Positions 1 through 7,670 of a DNA stretch of 32,000 nucleotides are shown here, one piece after another. Location: NCBI RefSeq assembly GCF_001457595.1, contig NZ_LN831039.1, positions 330,001 to 362,000 on the forward strand, written 5' to 3'. Position numbers and translations under genes: made by a program. The notes under the pieces were generated by a model. It was not told the DNA's origin and ran no database searches. It was given only the letters and a program-made list of their open reading frames with translations. Position 1 is the stretch's first letter. Each line of letters begins with the position of its first letter. This DNA comes from Mycolicibacterium smegmatis (GTDB taxonomy: Bacteria; Actinomycetota; Actinomycetes; Mycobacteriales; Mycobacteriaceae).

Positions 1-674
1 GTCTCGAACGCCACGCGGTCACCGCGGTACAGGGCCCGCACCACCTCGATCGCGACGCCGTCGGTGTCGACCGAACACCGGTTGAGCAACAGCATCGGAA
101 GCGCCGTCGTGCATTCCAGCAGGGTGGCCTCCCGCGGCGTGGGCAGTGCGGTCTCGATGCGCTCGGTGGCCGACGCGAACTCGACGCCGGTGGCGCGGAT
201 GGCGGCGTACAGCGATGTCGCCGGGTCGAAGTCGTGCTCGAACCGGCCGAAGCGCGCTGCGGCCAGATAGGTGCTCTCCAGTCCGATGCGCTGATCGTCG
301 GCGAGCAGGACCCGCTCGAGGTGCAGTACCGGCGCGCCCGTCGCGATGTCGAGACCGGACGCGAGTTCGGTTGACGCCTCGATGATCTCGCGGGTGACCA
401 GCATGCGGCCGGGTGTGCGGCCGACGGTCTGCGCGCCTTCGGTGTAGGACTGCAGACTCAGTGCGTGCACCAGCTTGGGCCGTGCCACCACGGTGCCGCG
501 GCCGCGGCGTTCGATGCGGCCTGCGACCAGCAGTTCGTGCAAAGCCTGGCGCACGGTCTCGCGTGCCACCCCGAACCGCGCCGCGAGTTCGCGCTCCGCG
601 GGAACCGGATCGCCCTCCTGCAGGCCGGCCAGGGTGACATCGAGCGCGGTGCGGATGGTGTGCGCGAGTGTCAT
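1..674 (-). CDS. GntR/HutC-family (PhnF-like) transcriptional regulator; C-terminal end runs off the window
   Basis: Absent from the ORF track because it has no stop inside the window. Manual minus-strand translation from ATG 674 gives MTLAHTIRTALDVTLAGLQEGDPVPAERELAARFGVARETVRQALHELLVAGRIERRGRGTVVARPKL (GntR winged helix). A UTRA-like effector region follows (...LHLERVLLADDQRIGLESTYL...VVRALYRGDRVAFE). The frame is open to nt 1 (224 full codons). Its ATG overlaps the stop of the upstream HD gene (ATGA, 671-674). Confidence 0.85.
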   Translation of the reverse strand, partial: MTLAHTIRTALDVTLAGLQEGDPVPAERELAARFGVARETVRQALHELLVAGRIERRGRGTVVARPKLVHALSLQSYTEGAQTVGRTPGRMLVTREIIEASTELASGLDIATGAPVLHLERVLLADDQRIGLESTYLAAARFGRFEHDFDPATSLYAAIRATGVEFASATERIETALPTPREATLLECTTALPMLLLNRCSVDTDGVAIEVVRALYRGDRVAFE

Positions 675-1198
675 CTGTCGGTCCCGGTGACCCTCGCGGC
701 GACGCGTGAGGCGATGGCGAGCACCTGCTCGACCGTCAGCCCCTGTGCGCGTGGATCTTTCGCGGCGTCGTCGTAGCGGCGCAGACGCACTGCGTCGGGA
801 AACCAGGGGTGGGCGACGGTGTCGGCGTCGACGCCGGGGCCGCCCTGGTGGTGCAGCGAGGTCAGCGACGTCTCGGACAACCGGTACTCGCGATCCGTCG
901 CGGCGAGGTAGCGCTTGGCCGCGACATGCGCTCCCGCGAGCCAGCCGACGCGCTCCCCGAACCGCTCGGTGAGCCAGTCCCGGGCGATGCGCTCGTGGCC
1001 GGGCACATGGGGCCCGCCGAGCAGGGGGCTGTGGGCGACGTCGTGCAGCGCCGCGGCGAGGACGAGTTCGTCGTCGGCGCCGTCCTCCTGCGCGCGGGCC
1101 GCGGCCTGCAGCGCGTGTTCGAGTTCGTCGACGGCTTCCTCGTCCCAAATCCCTTGCAGTGAACGGAGTATCCGGTCGACTTCGTTGAGAGCATGCAT
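671..1198 (-). CDS. HD-domain protein, PhnZ-like (phosphonate-operon HD oxygenase family)
   Basis: The track ORF is 671-1216 (TTG start). The first ATG is at 1198 (MHALNEVD...). Motifs ELEHALQ, LHDVAH, GHERIA, GAHVAAKRYL and RRYDDAAK give the H/HD/H/H/D ligand pattern that I recall for PhnZ-type diiron HD oxygenases. The start (1198 vs 1216) is unresolved. Confidence 0.8.
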   Translation of the reverse strand: MHALNEVDRILRSLQGIWDEEAVDELEHALQAAARAQEDGADDELVLAAALHDVAHSPLLGGPHVPGHERIARDWLTERFGERVGWLAGAHVAAKRYLAATDREYRLSETSLTSLHHQGGPGVDADTVAHPWFPDAVRLRRYDDAAKDPRAQGLTVEQVLAIASRVAARVTGTDR

Positions 1199-1215
1199 GG
1201 GCAGAGCGTAGCCCA

Positions 1216-1233
1216 AATTGGTCTATACCAATT
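1216..1233. promoter_or_regulatory. Palindromic HutC/PhnF-type operator AATTGGT-CTAT-ACCAATT in a divergent promoter region
   Basis: There are perfect 7-bp inverted arms around a 4-bp centre. The core TGGTCTATACCA (reverse complement TGGTATAGACCA) resembles HutC-subfamily operators such as the DasR dre core TGGTCTAGACCA. It lies in the 90-110 bp gap between the HD/GntR operon and the FAD oxidoreductase gene. Confidence 0.6.
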
Positions 1234-1307
1234 CTTAACCTGTTGTTCGGGCCACCAACACCTGCGCGTGGGGATCCGGACGTCGAGAGGCCGCAGGGTC
1301 TGATGCC

Positions 1308-2423
1308 ATGCGGGTGACAATCATCGGTGGCGGCATCCTCGGGACCGCGCATGCGGTCGAAGCCGTACGGCGCGGACATCGCGTCGTGCACCTCGAGCGG
1401 GAAGCCGAGGCGCGGGGCGCGACCGTGCGCAACTTCGGGCTCGTCTGGATCTCCGGACGGTCCACGGCCGAACTCGACGCGACCCTGCGCTCACGCGAAC
1501 TGTGGGAGAAACTCGCCGTTGACGTTCCCGGGATCGGGTTCCGTCCCGCCGGATCCATCACGCTGGTGCGCACCCCGGCCGAGTTGGCCGTCGCACAGGA
1601 GGCGGCGACCCGGTCCGATGCGGGGCACCGCGGTTTCACGCTGCTCGAACCGGACGAGGTGCGCGAGCTCAACCCGGCGCTGCGCGGACGTTTCCTCGGC
1701 GGCCTGCACTGTGCGCTCGATGCGGCCGTGGAATCACGTCAGGCTCTGCCCGCGATCCGCGAACACCTCACTGCCAGTGGACGATACGAGTTCGTCGCGG
1801 GTGTCGAGGCCCGCGGTGTCGAGAACCGCACCGTTCGTGACGACCGCGGCAACCGCCACGAATCCGACATCGTCCTGGTGTGCGCCGGGGCCGCTCACGG
1901 CGGTCTGGTCCGCGACCTCGCCGGTGAACTGCCCGTGCGGCGCGTCCGGTTGCAGATGATGCAGACCGAACCGCTCGGTGAGCGGCTCACCACGGCCATC
2001 GCCGACGCCGACAGCTTCCGCTACTACCCGGGATTCGCCGGGCCCGCGCTGAACACGCTGCGCGACAATCAACCTCAGCATCGGGTCGCCGACGGGCAGC
2101 ACATGCAACTGCTGTGCGTGCAACGCCTGCACGGCGGGCTGACGATCGGTGACACCCACGAGTACACCGAACCGTTCGGCTTCGACGTCCACGAGGAGCC
2201 TTACACCTACCTCCTCGACGTGGTCGAGGAGTTCCTGGGACGCAAGCTGCCGCCGATCCGGCAGCGCTGGGCCGGCGTCTACAGCCAGTGCCTGGACCCC
2301 GAACAGCTCGTGTGCCGCACCGCGCCCGAGGACGATATCTGGGTGATCACCGGCCCGGGTGGGCGCGGTATGACGCTGGGACCGGCCATCGCCGAGCAGA
2401 CCGCCGACATGATCGGGCTGTAG
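1308..2423 (+). CDS. FAD-dependent oxidoreductase (DAO superfamily; TIGR03364-like, phosphonate-associated)
   Basis: 371-aa ORF. The N-terminus MRVTIIGGGILGTAHA carries a GxGxxG dinucleotide fold, and ITGPGGRGMTLGPA lies near the C-terminus. It is divergent from the HD/GntR pair. The subfamily assignment is from memory of TIGRFAM genome-context notes. Confidence 0.8.
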   Translation: MRVTIIGGGILGTAHAVEAVRRGHRVVHLEREAEARGATVRNFGLVWISGRSTAELDATLRSRELWEKLAVDVPGIGFRPAGSITLVRTPAELAVAQEAATRSDAGHRGFTLLEPDEVRELNPALRGRFLGGLHCALDAAVESRQALPAIREHLTASGRYEFVAGVEARGVENRTVRDDRGNRHESDIVLVCAGAAHGGLVRDLAGELPVRRVRLQMMQTEPLGERLTTAIADADSFRYYPGFAGPALNTLRDNQPQHRVADGQHMQLLCVQRLHGGLTIGDTHEYTEPFGFDVHEEPYTYLLDVVEEFLGRKLPPIRQRWAGVYSQCLDPEQLVCRTAPEDDIWVITGPGGRGMTLGPAIAEQTADMIGL

Positions 2424-2442
2424 GGACGAACCGGAACCCGGA

Positions 2443-2467
2443 GTGAACAACTTGGCGAAGTTGTCAC
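2443..2467 (+). terminator. Candidate stem-loop 20 nt after the FAD oxidoreductase stop
   Basis: GTGAACAACTT-GGCG-AAGTTGTCAC forms a 10-bp stem with one bulged A and a tetraloop. There is no U-tract, which is common in mycobacteria. It could equally be an operator. Confidence 0.3.
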
Positions 2468-2500
2468 CTCAGGGAGGTTACCGCGCGGTACGCTCGCGCC

Positions 2501-3715
2501 ATGACGGCACGACGGACCGAAGGTCCCAGCCTGGCAGCGCGCGCCAGATGGTTGCTGCGCGCCAAACCCGCAGACCACATGCTGGCACTGAGTGAATGTG
2601 CGGCTTCGCTACCGGTGATCGGCAAGCATTTCGAACCGCTCGGCTCCATGACCGCCATGAGCATATGGGGACTGCGGCACCTCCCCGACTTCGTCGCCGC
2701 ATCGGCGAAGAGCCGGCTGGCGCCCGGCGCGGCCGCGATGCGGCGTGAGGAACGCGAGCAGACCACGGCCGCGGCCGTCGCGGCACTGCGCAATGTCGTC
2801 CCACCCGCCGAGCTCGCGGCCGAATGGCCTGCGCCCCAGAACCTGCCCCCGCTGTGGAACGTGTTGGAGCACCGGCGCAGCGTCTACCGCACGTCGGTGC
2901 GGTACGGCGACGACCCGGCGCAGTTGCTCGACGTCTGGCGGCCCAAGGAACTGCCCGCGCAGCCGGCCCCGGTGCTGCTGTTCGTCCCCGGGGGCGCGTG
3001 GGTGCACGGCAGCCGGGTACTGCAGGGCTACGCGCTCATGTCGCACCTGGCGCAGCAGGGGTGGGTCTGCCTGTCGGTCGACTACCGGGTTTCCCCGCAC
3101 CACCGCTGGCCCCGCCACATCCACGACGTCAAGGCCGCGATCGCGTGGGCACGCGCCAACGTCGACAAGTTCGGCGGCGACCGGCACTTCATCGCGATCG
3201 CGGGCTGCTCGGCGGGCGGACACCTGGCCGCGCTCGCGGGCCTCACGCCCAATCACCCCGAACTGCAGGGCGACCTCCCCGACGGCGCCGATACGTCGGT
3301 CGACGCGGTCGTGGGCATCTACGGGCGCTACGACTGGGAGGACCGTTCGACGGTCGAACGTGAGCGGTTCGTCGATTTCCTCGAGCGCGTCGTCGTCAAA
3401 CGGTCCATCGAGCGGCATCCCGAGATCTTCCGCCTGGCTTCGCCGATCGCGCAGGTCCATGCCGACGCGCCGCCGTTTTTGGTCGTGCACGGCTCGGCCG
3501 ACACCGTCATCCCCGTCGCGCAGGCACGCAGCTTCGTCGACCGTCTCGGTGCGGCATCGCGCGCTCCCGTCAGCTATCTTGAGCTGCCCGGGGCCGGACA
3601 CGGCTTCGACATGACCGACGGCGCCAGAACCGGGGCCATGGCCACGGCGATTGGGCTCTTCCTCAAGGAGATTCACCGAAATCGAACGCGCAACACAGCA
3701 AAAGCGGTTATATAG
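2501..3715 (+). CDS. Alpha/beta-hydrolase esterase/lipase, HSL-like, LipC (Rv0220)-like
   Basis: 404 aa. It has PGGAW, the nucleophile elbow GCSAGG and HGSADTVIP. It has the same length and architecture as the paralogue at 16753-17964. The N-terminal start (2501 vs downstream ATGs) was not verified. Confidence 0.85.
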   Translation: MTARRTEGPSLAARARWLLRAKPADHMLALSECAASLPVIGKHFEPLGSMTAMSIWGLRHLPDFVAASAKSRLAPGAAAMRREEREQTTAAAVAALRNVVPPAELAAEWPAPQNLPPLWNVLEHRRSVYRTSVRYGDDPAQLLDVWRPKELPAQPAPVLLFVPGGAWVHGSRVLQGYALMSHLAQQGWVCLSVDYRVSPHHRWPRHIHDVKAAIAWARANVDKFGGDRHFIAIAGCSAGGHLAALAGLTPNHPELQGDLPDGADTSVDAVVGIYGRYDWEDRSTVERERFVDFLERVVVKRSIERHPEIFRLASPIAQVHADAPPFLVVHGSADTVIPVAQARSFVDRLGAASRAPVSYLELPGAGHGFDMTDGARTGAMATAIGLFLKEIHRNRTRNTAKAVI

Positions 3716-3736
3716 ACACCTCCGCGGGGGAGGTGT
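3716..3736 (+). promoter_or_regulatory. Perfect 8-bp hairpin ACACCTCC-GCGGG-GGAGGTGT sequestering the WS/DGAT Shine-Dalgarno
   Basis: The hairpin starts immediately after the esterase stop (TAG, 3713-3715). The 3' arm contains GGAGG (3729-3733), 6 nt before ATG 3740. Confidence 0.55.
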
Positions 3737-3739
3737 GGC

Positions 3740-5158
3740 ATGCAACGGTTGAGCGGGTGGGACGCGTTCCTGCTGTACAGCGAGACCCCCAACGTGCACA
3801 TGCACACGTTGAAGATCGCGATCATCGACCTCGAAGGCATCGGTGACCGCACGTTCGGTGTCGAGGATTTCCGCAAGGTGCTCCGCGGGCGGCTGCACAA
3901 GCTCGACCCGTTCCGGTTCCAGCTCGTCGACATTCCGTTCAAGTTCCACCACCCGATGTGGCGCGAGAACTGCGACGTCGACCTCGAATACCACGTGCGG
4001 CCCTGGCAGGTGCGCGCGCCGGGCGGGCGCCGCGAACTCGACGAGGCAATCGGGGAGATTGCCGGCACGCCGCTGGACCGCAGCAGGCCGCTGTGGGAGA
4101 TGTACTTCGTGGAGGGCCTCGCGGGCGGCCGCATCGCGGTGGTCAACAAGATCCACCACGCACTGGCAGACGGTATCGCGTCGGCCAACCTGCTGGCCCG
4201 TGGCATGGATCTGCGGGAAGGCCCGCAACGCGACCGCGACTCCTATGTCACCGACCCCGAACCCTCCAAGGGTGAGCTCGTGCGGACCGCGTTCGCCGAC
4301 CACATGCGCCAGATCGGGCGGATTCCCGCGACGATCCGTTACACCGCGCAGGGCGTGGCGCGCGTGCGCCGAAGCAGCCGCAAGCTCTCCCCGGAACTCA
4401 CGCGTCCGTTCACGCCGCCGCCGAGCTTCATCAACCACATGATCACGTCGAAGCGCAAATTCGCGACAGCGACCATCGCGCTCGCCGATGCGAAGGAGAC
4501 CAGCAAGAAGCTGGGGATCACGCTCAACGATCTGGTGCTGGCGATGTCCTCGGGTGCGTTGCGCACGCTGCAGCTCCGCTACGACGGCCGCGCCGATCAC
4601 CCGCTGCTGGCGTCGGTGCCGATGAGCTTCGATTTCTCACCGGATCGTATCTGGGGCAACAGGTTCAGCGGTGTGCTGGTGGCCCTGCCCGTCGACGTCG
4701 CCGACACCGGCGAACGGGTGCGCCGCACGCGCGAGGCCGCGAACCTCGCCAAGGAGAGCCATCAGCTCATCGGCCCCGAACTCGTCGCGCGCTGGGCCGC
4801 GTACATGCCGCCCGCGCCGGTCGAGGCGTTGTTCAAGCGCCTGTCCAGCAAGGACGGGCAGAACAAGGTGCTCAACCTCAACATCTCGAACGTCCCGGGC
4901 CCCCGTGAACGCGGCAAGGTGGGCGGCGCGACGGTGACCGAGCTGTACTCGGTGGGGCCGATCACCGCGGGCAGCGGTTTGAACATCACGGTGTGGAGTT
5001 ACGTCGATCAGCTCAACATCTCGGTGATCTCCGACGACGCCACCGTAGACGATCCGCACGAGGTGACCGACGCCATGCTTGACGAGTTCCGCGAGATCCG
5101 CAGGACCGCAGGGCTTTCCGAGAAGCTGACCGTGGTCGAGACCGCGATGCCGCAGTAG
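3740..5158 (+). CDS. Wax ester synthase/diacylglycerol acyltransferase (WS/DGAT, Tgs family)
   Basis: 472 aa. It has the catalytic HHALADG (HHxxxDG) motif and the typical N-terminus MQRLSGWDAFLLYSETPNVHMH. Confidence 0.92.
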   Translation: MQRLSGWDAFLLYSETPNVHMHTLKIAIIDLEGIGDRTFGVEDFRKVLRGRLHKLDPFRFQLVDIPFKFHHPMWRENCDVDLEYHVRPWQVRAPGGRRELDEAIGEIAGTPLDRSRPLWEMYFVEGLAGGRIAVVNKIHHALADGIASANLLARGMDLREGPQRDRDSYVTDPEPSKGELVRTAFADHMRQIGRIPATIRYTAQGVARVRRSSRKLSPELTRPFTPPPSFINHMITSKRKFATATIALADAKETSKKLGITLNDLVLAMSSGALRTLQLRYDGRADHPLLASVPMSFDFSPDRIWGNRFSGVLVALPVDVADTGERVRRTREAANLAKESHQLIGPELVARWAAYMPPAPVEALFKRLSSKDGQNKVLNLNISNVPGPRERGKVGGATVTELYSVGPITAGSGLNITVWSYVDQLNISVISDDATVDDPHEVTDAMLDEFREIRRTAGLSEKLTVVETAMPQ

Positions 5159-5160
5159 GT

Positions 5161-6006
5161 TCAGCGGATCGGTTCGTCGCCGAGCACGGTGGTGCGCAGC
5201 ATGTGCCGCGGCGAGTCGGGCTCGTACGGTGCGGCGCGGTGCAGCACGCCCTGGTTGTCCCAGATGACGGTGTCGCCGACGGACCATTTGTGGCTGTACA
5301 CCTTGTCGGGCGTGGTGGTGCGGGCCAGCAGTCCGTCGAGCAGGGCGCGGCCCTCGTCACGGTCCATGCCGACGATGTGATCCGCGGATGCGCCCAGCAC
5401 CAACGACTTCCGCCCGTTGCGGTGCGTCCACACCAGCGGGTTCTCGTGTGTCGGGCGCGCGGCCCACCGCCTGCGCTGCTCGGCTGTCGGGTCGGGATAG
5501 ACCCGTCGCTGCGAGGCCTCCAGCGAGTGGACGACGCGTAACCGGGCGTAGCGCTGCTTCTCGTCGGCGTCGAGGGACTCGTAGGCCGCGTAGGCGTTGG
5601 CGAACTCGGTCTCCCCGCCGCGCGCGGCGACCTCGATCGCGGACAGCACTGTGGCCTTCTGCGGGCACTCGTCGTTCAGTGGTGTGCAACCGTCGATGTG
5701 CCAGTCGAACGTGGCCTTGAGGTACTCGGCGGCCTTGTTCTTGGTCTGGTCGAGTGTGATCGGGTAGATGCCCGACACCGGGTGATGGCCGTCGGCGGAC
5801 CGGTCGACCTCACCGAGACGCTGCGAGAATGCCACCTGCGCTTCGGGTTCCAGGTACAAACCGCGGAACACCAGCACGCCGTTGTCCTCGAGCGCGTCGA
5901 GCACGGCCGCGGCGATACCGTCGTCGGTGGCCAGCCGTTCGGAATCGATGCCGACCACCTCGGCACCCACCGAGGCGGTCAGTTTGTTGATGGTCAGCAC
6001 GCTCAT
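5161..6006 (-). CDS. TauD/TfdA-family Fe(II)/2-oxoglutarate dioxygenase
   Basis: 281 aa. It has WHIDG (HxD facial-triad part) and a distal VLHRAAPY His/Arg region. AAAGGA sits 7 nt upstream of the ATG. Confidence 0.85.
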   Translation of the reverse strand: MSVLTINKLTASVGAEVVGIDSERLATDDGIAAAVLDALEDNGVLVFRGLYLEPEAQVAFSQRLGEVDRSADGHHPVSGIYPITLDQTKNKAAEYLKATFDWHIDGCTPLNDECPQKATVLSAIEVAARGGETEFANAYAAYESLDADEKQRYARLRVVHSLEASQRRVYPDPTAEQRRRWAARPTHENPLVWTHRNGRKSLVLGASADHIVGMDRDEGRALLDGLLARTTTPDKVYSHKWSVGDTVIWDNQGVLHRAAPYEPDSPRHMLRTTVLGDEPIR

Positions 6007-6034
6007 CGGCGCGTCCTTTCGGGTTCGGTACAGC

Positions 6035-6364
6035 TCAAGGCGTGGGCTCCCCGGTGCGCACCATGACGGCGTCGGCCGCGTCGACCGGCGCCGGTTGGTG
6101 CATGATCTCGACCGCCATCGCGACCATGATCAGCGAGTAGATCAGGTGCAGAAGATTGACGGCGTCGTCGGGCATGTCGTCGAGCGGGTACTTGTCGCAG
6201 TACTCGATCGCCTCTTCGAGGCGTGGAAAGAACGCGTCGTAGAAGTCGTGCAGTTGCGGCATGGAGCTGCTCACCCGCCGCTCCCACCGCGCGGTTTCGG
6301 TTGCCAGGCACCAGGTCTCGGCGTAGGGCTCGAGCTCGGCGAAGGCACTGGGGAGACGCGCCAC
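6035..6364 (-). CDS. Conserved hypothetical ~110-aa protein (S1), partner of the Rieske oxygenase
   Basis: 109 aa with a GTG start 1 nt after the stop of the upstream Rieske gene. It is a clear paralogue of 11288-11629. Shared residues: LP..FA.LEP...WCLA.E..R...FYDA..PR.EEAI.YCDK.PLDD.P.D..NLLHL.YS...EP.P. I recognise no known domain. Confidence 0.7.
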   Translation of the reverse strand: MARLPSAFAELEPYAETWCLATETARWERRVSSSMPQLHDFYDAFFPRLEEAIEYCDKYPLDDMPDDAVNLLHLIYSLIMVAMAVEIMHQPAPVDAADAVMVRTGEPTP

Positions 6365-6365
6365 G

Positions 6366-7631
6366 TCACACCCCCGCCGGTGCGGGCTCGCGCTGGTACG
6401 CCTCGACCCAGTCGACCGCGACCTTGTGCAGGTGACGCACCAGGATCTCCTGGTCGTTGAGCGGGTAGTCGTCGATGACGTCGTATTCGAGTGCGGCCTG
6501 GGTGCCGCCCAGCATCCCGGCGTCCTGCAGCGCGAACTCCTTGAGGACCACCGCGGCCACCTCGTGCTCGATGCGTTCGCGCACGGTGCGCGCCGGGTGG
6601 AAATAGGTGAACGCCTCGTAGCGGTGTGTGTTGTGCGACGTCGGCCAGTACCGGTAGAGCAGGTACCAGCCTCCGTAGATCAGGATCTCGATGTTCGGGA
6701 AAATCTGGAAGTTGCTGATGCCCCACGGTTCGATACCGCCCGGGTTGAGCCCGGTGGGCAGCTTCCCGATGTCCGGTGTGCGCCAGGGACCCACGAGACC
6801 GCTCTGGGTGGCCCGTTCGATCGGGTACATGTACTCAGGAGCGAGCAGCCAGCGACGGGTTCCCGCCGTGGACACCAGGCGGTGCGGTCCGTCGATCTGG
6901 AAATGTCCACAGGTGAAGCCCGCGTTGGGGTCCCGGACCTCGGGTGGCACCTGCTGGGTGTGCAGCGACGGGACGTGGTAATACTCCTGGAACGCGTCGG
7001 CGAAGATCTTCCAGTTGCTGTTGTTGTGCGCGACCCAGTCGTAGCGTTCGGTGAGTTTCTCGAAGGGGTAGTCGTCGAGTCCGGTCACCATGGGACCGAG
7101 GAACTCCCGAAGGCTCTGGCGCGGGGTGGTGTCGAAGTTCACGAACACGAACCCGGCCCACACGTCGCAGTGCACCTCTGCCAGACCGAGCTCGGTCGCG
7201 TCGAAGCCGGTGAACCGGTCGGCGTCGGGTGCGGCGATCAGCGACCCGTCGAGGCCGTAACGCCATCCACAGTGCCCGCACGCGAATTCGGTTCCGGTGT
7301 TGCGCAGTTCGGTCGCGCGGAAGTCGGGTGCGGCGACGGTGTGTCCGCGGCGCCTGCAGACGTTGTGGAACGCGCGGATCCGGCCGTCGGCGCCCTTGAC
7401 CAGCAGCAGCGACGCATCGGCGGCCTCGACCCGGCGCGTGATGTAGCTGCCCGCGTCGGGCGTCTCCTCGACGCGGCTGATGTTGAGCCAGGCGCGCTTG
7501 AAGATCGCCTCGCGCTCCAAGGCGTAGAACTCGCGGGAGGTGGAGTCGCGGAACGAGATCGGTCCGGTGCCCAGTTCTGGATAGTGCTCGGTCCAGGACC
7601 CTTCGGCCGGTTTGGGCCACTTGGTCGCCAT
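6366..7631 (-). CDS. Rieske-type oxygenase alpha subunit paralogue (R1) with non-canonical cluster-ligand motifs
   Basis: 421 aa with GGAGGT upstream of ATG 7631. It aligns end to end with R2 (11633-12898). The mononuclear-iron motif NWKIFADAFQEYYHVPSLH is present. The Rieske motifs read CRRRGH...CGHCGW instead of CxH...CxxH. Confidence 0.85.
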   Translation of the reverse strand: MATKWPKPAEGSWTEHYPELGTGPISFRDSTSREFYALEREAIFKRAWLNISRVEETPDAGSYITRRVEAADASLLLVKGADGRIRAFHNVCRRRGHTVAAPDFRATELRNTGTEFACGHCGWRYGLDGSLIAAPDADRFTGFDATELGLAEVHCDVWAGFVFVNFDTTPRQSLREFLGPMVTGLDDYPFEKLTERYDWVAHNNSNWKIFADAFQEYYHVPSLHTQQVPPEVRDPNAGFTCGHFQIDGPHRLVSTAGTRRWLLAPEYMYPIERATQSGLVGPWRTPDIGKLPTGLNPGGIEPWGISNFQIFPNIEILIYGGWYLLYRYWPTSHNTHRYEAFTYFHPARTVRERIEHEVAAVVLKEFALQDAGMLGGTQAALEYDVIDDYPLNDQEILVRHLHKVAVDWVEAYQREPAPAGV

Positions 7632-7670
7632 GTGAACCTCCGTGTGCGTGGGTGGATGGGATAGCGCGTG

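Noticed and set aside
2472-2483. Identical 12-mer GGGAGGTTACCG at 2472-2483 and 24435-24446
   Set aside because: A single 12-nt match between two sites in 32 kb of compositionally biased DNA is expected by chance. The second copy overlaps a coding 3' end, and there is no flanking similarity.
2609-4600. 663-aa minus-strand ORF
   Set aside because: It is antisense to the esterase and WS/DGAT genes, both of which have clear catalytic motifs. The sequence is low-complexity and Arg/Gly/Asp-rich.
5161-6006. The TauD-family dioxygenase as the missing PhnY-type partner of the PhnZ-like HD protein
   Set aside because: It lies ~4 kb away on the other side of two unrelated genes, in a different operon. 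As I recall, PhnY belongs to a different 2OG-dioxygenase family. This is only a remote possibility and is not claimed.
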